Virus record (IMG/VR): IMGVR_UViG_3300028920_000022
Location: 124,001 to 188,000 of that record
Reading direction: 5' to 3' (one strand)
Length of the DNA: 64,000 bases
Part shown: one piece after another, positions 47,197 through 55,116 of the stretch
Layout of the letters: each line of letters opens with the position of its first letter
How positions within the stretch are numbered: the stretch's first letter is position 1
Made by a program: the position numbers and the translations under genes
Notes under the pieces: model-generated
Database searches by the model: none
Told to the model about the DNA's origin: nothing
The model's input: the letters and a program-made list of their open reading frames with translations, nothing else

Positions 47197-47996
47197 GAAT
47201 CTTTTTAGTTCGGCACGGAGAATCCCAAGCAAATGTAGATAAATCTTTGCATAAGATTATTCCAGATCACGAAATTGCTCTAACCACAGAAGGAATGGAA
47301 CAGGCTCAGATTGCTGGACAAAAATTAAAAGAATACCTTAAAGATAATCCTACAGCAAGTATGGATCTGGGTTCATCCTTACTAGACAGCATTATTAATA
47401 TAGCGGCTAAACAAAAAGGTATTGGAGAAAAACAAGTAGCTAACGTCAAAGACTTGATAAGCAAACAAATATCTTCCGGCAAGAAAACTAAAGCCCGGTT
47501 ATGGCATTCGCCATATCGTAGAACCAGGGAAACGGCACGTATAATTTCTGGCGTGGCTCAGGAATATATTCTAGATGTTCGGGAACATATTTTACTTTGT
47601 GAACAACAGTTTGGTTTGTTTGATGGGCTAACAAAAGAAGAATCCAACGAAAAGTTTCCAGATGAATTTCAAACTTTCCAGCATGCTAAGAAATATAATG
47701 GAAAGTTTTGGGCTAGGTTTCCTATGGGAGAGTCTCCGTTTGATGCTGCGTGCAGAATTCACCAGGCATTTGGTACTTTTAAACGTGATGAGGAAAATAA
47801 GAACATCAATGATATAATTGTGGTTTGCCATGGGGCGGTATCCAAACTTTTTACAATGATGTGGCTTCATAAGGAACCGGAATGGTTTCAAAAGGAGCCT
47901 ACGTGTGGTAATTGTGGTATTCGTTTAATAGAAAACCACGAAGATAAAGGTTACATTTTTGGCGGGTGGTTAAATGGCAAAGAGTGGCACTCATAG
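47193..47996 (+). CDS. histidine phosphatase (phosphoglycerate mutase-like)
   Basis: LVRHGES, SPYRRTRET, EQQFG, GES, VCHG. Confidence 0.93.
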   Translation: MRIFLVRHGESQANVDKSLHKIIPDHEIALTTEGMEQAQIAGQKLKEYLKDNPTASMDLGSSLLDSIINIAAKQKGIGEKQVANVKDLISKQISSGKKTKARLWHSPYRRTRETARIISGVAQEYILDVREHILLCEQQFGLFDGLTKEESNEKFPDEFQTFQHAKKYNGKFWARFPMGESPFDAACRIHQAFGTFKRDEENKNINDIIVVCHGAVSKLFTMMWLHKEPEWFQKEPTCGNCGIRLIENHEDKGYIFGGWLNGKEWHS

Positions 47997-48171
47997 CTTT
48001 GTTCCGACTGTTGGCGAAGAAAAATGTTTAAGTTATTTTCGTTGTGTTAACTGTGGGATGTTGGCATTTTTAGCGTATCCCAATTATTATATTATAGCCG
48101 AGCTGTATAATTGGGAAAGTTGTAAAGATTTTTCCTGTAATGAGTGGATTATTCGCGAAATAGTAAAATGA
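47974..48171 (+). CDS. zinc-finger microprotein with C-terminal tag
   Basis: GTHSF..CVNCG..FSCNEWIIREIVK. Confidence 0.75.
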   Translation: MAKSGTHSFVPTVGEEKCLSYFRCVNCGMLAFLAYPNYYIIAELYNWESCKDFSCNEWIIREIVK

Positions 48172-48389
48172 TTAAGATAGGAACTCATATTTTTGTTAGA
48201 TCAGAAACTCCGTCCGGCGGATGTAAACCATTCATTTATTTTAAGTGTAATAAATGCGGAATGTTTGTATTCGATTTTGTATTCGATTCTGCACTTGAAT
48301 CACGGTATATTATTTCTGGAGCATGTAGTGAAAAGATGCCTGAAAAATTCACATGTGATGAATGGATTGTTCGTTCTATAATTAAATGA
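48168..48389 (+). CDS. zinc-finger microprotein with C-terminal tag
   Basis: IGTHIF..CNKCG..FTCDEWIVRSIIK. Confidence 0.75.
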   Translation: MIKIGTHIFVRSETPSGGCKPFIYFKCNKCGMFVFDFVFDSALESRYIISGACSEKMPEKFTCDEWIVRSIIK

Positions 48390-48604
48390 GCCATAAATTT
48401 AGTTATAATTTGAAAAAAGAAATGCGTATTTCTGTAGGCACACATAAATTACGATGGTGTTTGCATGACGATTTAGATTATTTTGTTTGTGAGAAATGTG
48501 GAATTTTAACTTTTAAATCGCGTAGAAAATGGATAACTTACGATTGGCTACCAATAACAACATTTACTTGCGACGAGTGGATAATCAAATCGGTGATAGA
48601 GTGA
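48386..48604 (+). CDS. zinc-finger microprotein with C-terminal tag
   Basis: VGTHKL..CEKCG..FTCDEWIIKSVIE. Confidence 0.75.
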   Translation: MSHKFSYNLKKEMRISVGTHKLRWCLHDDLDYFVCEKCGILTFKSRRKWITYDWLPITTFTCDEWIIKSVIE

Positions 48605-48608
48605 TATT

Positions 48609-48914
48609 ATGTCTATAATATACAAACCAGGAAACGTATCACCAGATCGATATGCATATTTGGTTGGCTGTATAGAAACTAACTCTCCATATCGCATGAT
48701 TAGAGTAGATATCTATGGGTCTAATGCTTTGAATTCGACCCACATGAGTTCTGAATGTTATGTGGATATTTTACAAGCCACTGGCAAAACTTACGAAGAA
48801 GCTTGCAATAATTTAATTTCTATTATAACCGCCACCCCAATGTTTCGTTGGATAGTGGATTTGTTACCAGAACGTCTTCAACGCGAAATAACTATTAAGG
48901 ATATAATAACCTAG
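48609..48914 (+). CDS. hypothetical protein with C-terminal tag
   Basis: Ends LQREITIKDIIT. Confidence 0.7.
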   Translation: MSIIYKPGNVSPDRYAYLVGCIETNSPYRMIRVDIYGSNALNSTHMSSECYVDILQATGKTYEEACNNLISIITATPMFRWIVDLLPERLQREITIKDIIT

Positions 48915-49342
48915 TACCCAGATCCTGGTGGCGTCCAGTAGGGGTTTCTAATTTTCTTGGGCTTGGCAGGTCCAGGCTTTTTGTTTTTCCCGCTGCCCCC
49001 ACAGAGCTGGCATATTTTATTTGTATCTTTCCAACCAAGGAATCTGCCCGTTCCTTTACAGGCAAGGCATAATCCTTTTTCTTCCAATTCTTCCTGTAGT
49101 TTTTTAGCTTTAATTCCCCGCTCTTTCATTTCTGCTTTTTCTTCAGGGGTCCATTCAATATCCTCTTCTTCACCAATCGTCCCCTCTCCTTCACAGGTGG
49201 GGCAGACGGTTTCTACAGTGTAGTGTCCCCTGGCATCAGAATATTTGTCCTCAGATTCATAACCTAAACCGCCACAATCTGGACAATCTTCAATTGCAGC
49301 GAGTTTTCGGGCGAAGTATTTTGCAAGCTTGGTTATATGCAT
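48911..49342 (-). CDS. DnaJ-type zinc-finger protein with KLA/KxA leader
   Basis: MHITKLAKYFARKLA; four CxxCxGxG repeats; start reassigned by CAAT-N7-CAT-N6-ATG motif. Confidence 0.75.
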   Translation of the reverse strand: MHITKLAKYFARKLAAIEDCPDCGGLGYESEDKYSDARGHYTVETVCPTCEGEGTIGEEEDIEWTPEEKAEMKERGIKAKKLQEELEEKGLCLACKGTGRFLGWKDTNKICQLCGGSGKNKKPGPAKPKKIRNPYWTPPGSGY

Positions 49343-49348
49343 ACTTGA

Positions 49349-49362
49349 ATGTTGATTTATTG
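49349..49362 (-). promoter_or_regulatory. candidate phage-specific promoter CAAT-N7-CAT
   Basis: Minus strand CAAT-aaatcaa-CAT-tcaagt-ATG; overlaps a divergent TTGACA at 49360. Confidence 0.5.
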
Positions 49363-49397
49363 ACATGGTACGGTTTCTCTGTTAAAAATGAGCCATC

Positions 49398-50576
49398 ATG
49401 AACTTCGATTTGAAAAAACATACGATATTTTTGACACTAGCAGGTTCTAGGGCTTACGGTTTTGCCTCTCCAGATAGTGATTGGGATTATCGTGGGGTAG
49501 CCATTCCTCCACTGGATACCTATATTGGGATCAAAGACCGGTTTGAACAATCTACCGATCAGAAAACTAGACATTTGTGGAAGAATTATCCGGGTGTTGT
49601 TGAGCCAGAAGCAGATATGCAGGTATATGAATTAACTAAATTCGTGCGTTTAGCTACTCAATGCAATCCTTCTATTATTGAAATATTGTTTACCGACCCC
49701 TCTACTCATTTAATTAAGCATCCGGTGATGGATCGATTGCTGGATAATAACAGAATGTTTCTCTCAAAGCAAGCCAAAGATCGGTTCTGTGGGTATGCGT
49801 TTTCCCAACTAAAAAGAATTCAACGTCATAAAAAATGGCTAGACAATCCTCCCACCAAGTGCCCGGAAAGAAAAGATTTCGGTTTGCCAGAGAAGAAAAT
49901 TATTCCTTTAGATCAAATTGGTGCAGCTGACGCTTTAATTCAAAGAGATTTGGATACCTTTATGGTGGAACAAACCGATCTACCTGAGCATACTAAAATA
50001 GCATTCAAGAACGAATTGCACAAGATTCTGAGAGCTACTTGGTTGGCTATCAACGGTTCTGTACCTTACCCTGTAGATGAATTTGATGACGATGCTCAGT
50101 GGAATAGTACGGAGGAAGCTTTACGGGACATGGTTTCTCGGTACGAGGGTTTCAGCGAAAACTTTTTAGAAATTCTTGGAAAAGAAAAGAAATATCGCAG
50201 AGCTAAACAAGAATGGGATCAATATCAACATTGGGTAAAGAATCGCAATCCCGACCGTGCTAAATTGGAAAGAAAATTCCAGTATGATTGTAAACACGCC
50301 ACACATTTATACAGGCTCATAAAGATGGCGAGAGAAATATTAGAAACCGGCGAAGTGAAGGTATTACGCCCTGATGCCGAAGAATTAAAAGCAATTCGCA
50401 ATGGTGCTTTAACTTATGAACAGGTAGTAGAATTTGCAGAAAAAGAGGACGCTGCTCTTGTCGAGGTTGCCAGGAAATCCAACTTACCTAAACACCCCGA
50501 TGTAAATAAAATACATCAAATCACTTACGAAATGATTTTGGAATTTAATGGGTACTTCGAAAAACACACAATCTAA
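49398..50576 (+). CDS. Pol-beta superfamily nucleotidyltransferase (YcgL/RlaP-like)
   Basis: GSRAYGFASPDSDWDYRGV, CNPSIIEIL, YDCKHATHLYRL. Confidence 0.9.
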   Translation: MNFDLKKHTIFLTLAGSRAYGFASPDSDWDYRGVAIPPLDTYIGIKDRFEQSTDQKTRHLWKNYPGVVEPEADMQVYELTKFVRLATQCNPSIIEILFTDPSTHLIKHPVMDRLLDNNRMFLSKQAKDRFCGYAFSQLKRIQRHKKWLDNPPTKCPERKDFGLPEKKIIPLDQIGAADALIQRDLDTFMVEQTDLPEHTKIAFKNELHKILRATWLAINGSVPYPVDEFDDDAQWNSTEEALRDMVSRYEGFSENFLEILGKEKKYRRAKQEWDQYQHWVKNRNPDRAKLERKFQYDCKHATHLYRLIKMAREILETGEVKVLRPDAEELKAIRNGALTYEQVVEFAEKEDAALVEVARKSNLPKHPDVNKIHQITYEMILEFNGYFEKHTI

Positions 50577-51903
50577 TGCTCAGTCAGCAATACAACAATT
50601 AACTAAACAGCTACAAACAGCAACTGACCGAGCGCAAATTACCACAATTAAACAAGCTCTACAAGTATTATCTAAATACGCCGGTCCTCCGCAACCGTCT
50701 CCACCACAACAGCCAATTAATACTGCCGCTTTACAAAAGGCTGTAAACGGAAAGGCGAACAATCTTCCTGCTCCGCCTAAGCCGTTTCACACACCTCCCG
50801 GTAAGACTCGCAAACTTGGGCAAATAAAACAAGCCCAAAGTGCCGGCACAAGTTATAAAGATTTTTTAAAGCGAGCATTATCTGGGGTTTCCCAAGATGA
50901 GGTTGTGGATACTAAGATTTTGAGGGAACAGCTGGGGCTTCCTCAAGAAGAACCGGAGCAAACAAAAAATCTATATTTAATGGAAGATTTAACCGAGGCA
51001 GAAAAGTTTACTTTATTTCGTGGTATAAATGAAAGACTCGGTGTTTATTTTGATAGTTTTAAACCAGCAGTACGTGCGCAAGACCATACAAAATACAACT
51101 CTGTTTGTTACCATACTACAACCGCTTATTCTTATAAACCAGAACTTAATTTTGAAATAAAACCAGAAAATGTTACAGAAGAAAAAGTTATTAAAGCTTG
51201 TTTATTAATTGCAGAAAAAGAACGATTATTTAATACTGATAATAAAGAAACCGCTACAGATCTTATGGGCAAAGAAGATCAGAACAGCGAAGACGATGTT
51301 GGATTAATTAAAAAGGTTGGTTCCAAAGTACTTAAGGAATTGTATCATAATTCCGGAGACATAGATAAGGTAGAAATCATGGAAGCTCTTGATCATTATA
51401 AAGAACAGGGAAAAGTTGTATCCGTATTAGAGGATTCGCAAAAAGCATACGCAGATATACATACACTTACAGACAAGTACTCTATCAGAATTGGAGACGG
51501 AGAACGGTTTGTAGCATCCGACAAGGTAAAAATAACCTTTAGAGATCCTTCCGACAACCCCTCTTGGGCTATGTGGTTCTTAGATGCCGTACCATTATCT
51601 AAGGTGCCCGACAGAAGTGCCATGTTTTTCTTACCTAAAGATCAATGGGACAAGTATTATCCAGAACCGTTGGAGAGTTTTCCTATCATTTGTCACGCCT
51701 CTTTATGGCAGTTACCTGATAACCAGACCGGAGTGTTATTGCACACAGCCTGGCATAATTTAGCAGTAGCTTATAGGTGGCAAATAGATAAACCGTTGGA
51801 TGTGGCAAGAATAATGTTCAAGGCAGTATCCCATCCAGCACATATTGCCCGCAATTTTGGATTTGCCCCGCAAATTCGGGAACCCGGAGAGGCTTGGTTT
51901 TGA
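50548..51903 (+). CDS. hypothetical protein (Pro/Gln-rich N-terminus)
   Basis: 451-aa ORF. Confidence 0.75.
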   Translation: MGTSKNTQSNAQSAIQQLTKQLQTATDRAQITTIKQALQVLSKYAGPPQPSPPQQPINTAALQKAVNGKANNLPAPPKPFHTPPGKTRKLGQIKQAQSAGTSYKDFLKRALSGVSQDEVVDTKILREQLGLPQEEPEQTKNLYLMEDLTEAEKFTLFRGINERLGVYFDSFKPAVRAQDHTKYNSVCYHTTTAYSYKPELNFEIKPENVTEEKVIKACLLIAEKERLFNTDNKETATDLMGKEDQNSEDDVGLIKKVGSKVLKELYHNSGDIDKVEIMEALDHYKEQGKVVSVLEDSQKAYADIHTLTDKYSIRIGDGERFVASDKVKITFRDPSDNPSWAMWFLDAVPLSKVPDRSAMFFLPKDQWDKYYPEPLESFPIICHASLWQLPDNQTGVLLHTAWHNLAVAYRWQIDKPLDVARIMFKAVSHPAHIARNFGFAPQIREPGEAWF

Positions 51904-52094
51904 TGTCTGAAAAAATATCAAAATGTCCAAATTGTAATTCTATTTCTGTTTCTACATTAATTGTTTATAACCCAGACACACTAAACATGAATTGCGATTG
52001 TCTTTTTAAATGTAATGATTGTAAAAATGAGTGGAATGGGCAAAGAACATCTGAAGCATATAGAATTAAGCGGGATAGGGGTGAGATTATTTAA
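51903..52094 (+). CDS. zinc-ribbon protein
   Basis: CPNC...FKCNDCKNEW. Confidence 0.65.
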   Translation: MSEKISKCPNCNSISVSTLIVYNPDTLNMNCDCLFKCNDCKNEWNGQRTSEAYRIKRDRGEII

Positions 52095-52927
52095 TGTCCA
52101 AGTGGAGACCTGCACGTGCATGTACATACGTAATTCCAGATATTCATGGACATTATGATTGTTTAAAGTCTATTTGTAAACGCATTTTACCATTGCGTGA
52201 TCAAGATAAAATTATCTTTTTAGGGGACTATATTGATCGTGGTCCGGACTCGGCTAAAGTTTTGGATTATATTATTTCTTTACATGATAAATATGAAGAA
52301 AGAATTATTCCTTTAATTGGAAACCATGAATGGTTATTATTAGCAGGTTTAGGTTTGGTTTCACATAATTGGGAAAAACATTTAGACTCTCCCTTTTCTA
52401 TTTGGATGAGAGAAGGTGGAGTAAAAACTATAGAATCCTATGCTAAAGATACCAGTTTGGATTTAACTGATATAATTACATTAAAACCAGACCGAATTAA
52501 AGATATAATTACAGAATCTCATATCGAGTTTATGCTTAATAATTTATATTTGTTTTACGAAGACAGTAAGTATATTTTTGTTCACGGAGGGTGTGATCCT
52601 ACGCAGACATTAGATTCATCATGGATGGAAACGTTTATTTGGGATCGTTCGTTATACCAATTGGCTAAAAACTTTGCAGCATCTGGTCGAGAGCTACCAT
52701 GGGACAAAACAGTTGTTTGTGGACATTCTGCAAATGGTCCCTGGATTAATGAAAAACTTATGATGTTAGATTGTTCCAATTCGAAAAAGCTATTGGTGGT
52801 AGAATTAAATTCTATGGAAGCTTTTGCTGCTGGTAGGGGTAATGTTCGTTTGGAACGAATAAAATTGGTTAATGGCGACAACAAGATTAAAAACAAGGTT
52901 AAACCTATGTTTAGGCGGGTAAAATAA
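52094..52927 (+). CDS. Ser/Thr protein phosphatase (PPP/NinI-like metallophosphoesterase)
   Basis: PDIHG, GDYIDRGPDS, GNHE, FVHGG, CGH. Confidence 0.93.
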   Translation: MSKWRPARACTYVIPDIHGHYDCLKSICKRILPLRDQDKIIFLGDYIDRGPDSAKVLDYIISLHDKYEERIIPLIGNHEWLLLAGLGLVSHNWEKHLDSPFSIWMREGGVKTIESYAKDTSLDLTDIITLKPDRIKDIITESHIEFMLNNLYLFYEDSKYIFVHGGCDPTQTLDSSWMETFIWDRSLYQLAKNFAASGRELPWDKTVVCGHSANGPWINEKLMMLDCSNSKKLLVVELNSMEAFAAGRGNVRLERIKLVNGDNKIKNKVKPMFRRVK

Positions 52928-52929
52928 TT

Positions 52930-55116
52930 ATGGCAAAAGATACACTTGTTATTGTTGAATCCCCTAACAAAATAAAAAAGATTTCCAGTTATCTAGGTAA
53001 GGGCTTTATTGTTCGTGCCAGTGTTGGACATATTATAGATTTAGCTATAGGAAATAAACAATTTCCTTTAGGGGTTGATTTAGAAAATGATTATAAACCC
53101 AAGTATCGTATTTTAGCAGATAAAAAAGATGTAGTTAAATCTTTAATTGATGCCGCAACTGGTGCTGACAAAATCTATCTAGCTACCGACCCTGATCGTG
53201 AAGGCGAAGCTATTGCTTGGCACTTAAAAGATTGTTTGGAATCTACCGGCAAACCGATCAAACGTGTTACTTTTAATGCCGTTACCAAATCCGCCGTTAA
53301 TACAGCAATTAAAAACCCAGGGGATTTGAACGAAGATTTGTTTGATGCCCAGCAGGCACGAAGAGTTTTAGATAGAATTGTTGGATTCATGGCGAGCGAA
53401 CAGCTTCGTCATTTTTTTGGACCCCACCTTTCCGCAGGTAGAGTTCAGTCCGTTGCTGTCCGTTTAATTGTGGATCGTGAGCGTGAAATAGAAAATTTTG
53501 TCCCAGAAGAGTATTGGAATATTGCCGCCAACCTAGCTAAACCCGCGAATTTACAGGAGAAATTCGTAGCCAAATATACTAAAAAGGTTACGGACGAAAA
53601 AACAGCAAAAAAGATTAAAACAGATCTTGACAAAGACAATTATGTGATTAAGGACGTGATTTCCAAAGAGAAGAGTAGAAACCCACTTCCGCCATTAACC
53701 ACACCAAGTCTACAGAAGGCGGTAGGAAACAGGTATGGTTTTTCGGTTTCTAAAACAATGCGAGCCGCCCAGTCACTGTATGAATCAGGATTTGTAACGT
53801 ATATTCGCACAGATTCTCAACGAATTGAACCGGAAGCAATTAAGTCTGTAAGAGATTATTTAACAAAAAATAATTACAAAGTTCCTACTAAACCTAATAT
53901 TTATGGTAGCAAAGGGTCAGCACAAGATGCTCATGAATGTATTAGACCTACCGATATATTACAGGAACCACATAAAGTATTTTTAAGCGATGATCATCAG
54001 AAGGTATATAGGGTTATTTGGGAACGATTTGTAGCTTCTCAAATGGAGCCCGCGGTTTATGATACAGTTAGTGTTACCGTGGAATCTTCTAGCGGGCATT
54101 TGTTAAAAGCTAATGGTAGAACCTTAAAATACGAAGGCTGGCTAGCAATTGCTACAGATCACAAGAAACAGGGCAAAGATGATATTCAATTACCAGTCCT
54201 GGCACAAAAAGACAAGGTTGTTCTTGTACCACCGAAGGTGAAAGCAGAGCAGAAGTTTACCCAGCCACCCCCACGGTTTACTGAGGTTGGTTTGGTAGAT
54301 GAATTGGAAAAGAAAGGCATTGGTAGACCTTCTACTTATGCTGCAATTATTGAAAAGATTCGTGGTAGAAACTATGTTGAGGTTTTAAAAAAGTCTTATC
54401 ATGCCACAGATTTAGGCAAGAAGGTGGTGGATTCTTTAGCGAAACATTTCCAATTTATGGATTATCAGTATACAGCTCACATGGAAACCAGACTGGATAA
54501 GGTAGCCGATGGTGAGCTGGGCTATGTGGAAATGTTGGACGAATTTTTTATACCATTCCAGAAAGAATGTCACAAAGCCGAGCTACAGGAATCTCCAGAT
54601 TACGGAATTCCATGCCCAGAATGTAGCGAGAGAACTATTTTAAGGCATGGAAGGTTTGGTTTTTATTTAGCTTGTATTAATCGTCCTGATTGTAAAGGGA
54701 CTATTAGTGTTAATATTGAAGACGGAAAACCTGTAATTAAAGAGTTTTATGAAAAGAAAGTAGTGCCGGGAGTAAAGTGTCCCAATTGTAATGCAGGGAT
54801 GTGCCGTCGAGATGGGAAGTTTGGACCATTCTATTCTTGTGAAAAGTATCCAAAGTGCAAAGGATCTGCAAAAATACCTTTCGGTAAGAAATGTTCCGAC
54901 TGTGGTGAGGAATTATTTTTAACTGTTTTTTATCGCAATGGAACGGGGCAGAAAAAACTCGCTTGCATGGGTTATCCAAATTGTAAACACATAGAAGATG
55001 TTCCCGAAGATGCTGCCAATGATTGGATAGATCCGGTTAAGATTCAGCCGCCCAAACGCAAAAGAACAGCTAAAAAAGTATTAAGTGCTTCTAGAAAGAA
55101 GAAAAAATCAAAATGA
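52930..55116 (+). CDS. topA: DNA topoisomerase I (type IA) with C-terminal zinc ribbons
   Basis: IVESPNK, ATDPDREGEAI, SAGRVQS, TYIRTDS, AQDAHECIRPT, GIGRPSTYA. Confidence 0.97.
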   Translation: MAKDTLVIVESPNKIKKISSYLGKGFIVRASVGHIIDLAIGNKQFPLGVDLENDYKPKYRILADKKDVVKSLIDAATGADKIYLATDPDREGEAIAWHLKDCLESTGKPIKRVTFNAVTKSAVNTAIKNPGDLNEDLFDAQQARRVLDRIVGFMASEQLRHFFGPHLSAGRVQSVAVRLIVDREREIENFVPEEYWNIAANLAKPANLQEKFVAKYTKKVTDEKTAKKIKTDLDKDNYVIKDVISKEKSRNPLPPLTTPSLQKAVGNRYGFSVSKTMRAAQSLYESGFVTYIRTDSQRIEPEAIKSVRDYLTKNNYKVPTKPNIYGSKGSAQDAHECIRPTDILQEPHKVFLSDDHQKVYRVIWERFVASQMEPAVYDTVSVTVESSSGHLLKANGRTLKYEGWLAIATDHKKQGKDDIQLPVLAQKDKVVLVPPKVKAEQKFTQPPPRFTEVGLVDELEKKGIGRPSTYAAIIEKIRGRNYVEVLKKSYHATDLGKKVVDSLAKHFQFMDYQYTAHMETRLDKVADGELGYVEMLDEFFIPFQKECHKAELQESPDYGIPCPECSERTILRHGRFGFYLACINRPDCKGTISVNIEDGKPVIKEFYEKKVVPGVKCPNCNAGMCRRDGKFGPFYSCEKYPKCKGSAKIPFGKKCSDCGEELFLTVFYRNGTGQKKLACMGYPNCKHIEDVPEDAANDWIDPVKIQPPKRKRTAKKVLSASRKKKKSK

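Noticed and set aside
6195-48914. Integron attC cassette array or diversity-generating retroelement as explanation for the repeated gene ends
   Set aside because: The repeats are coding, lack attC inverted-repeat structure and adenine-specific variation, and no integrase or reverse transcriptase is in the window.
51903-52094. C-terminus RDRGEII as another tag copy (also LQNIIDIRN at 15623, MRDFIKVIN at 13110)
   Set aside because: Lack the E-x-x-[IV]-[KR]-[DE]-[IV]-[IV] spacing; not counted.
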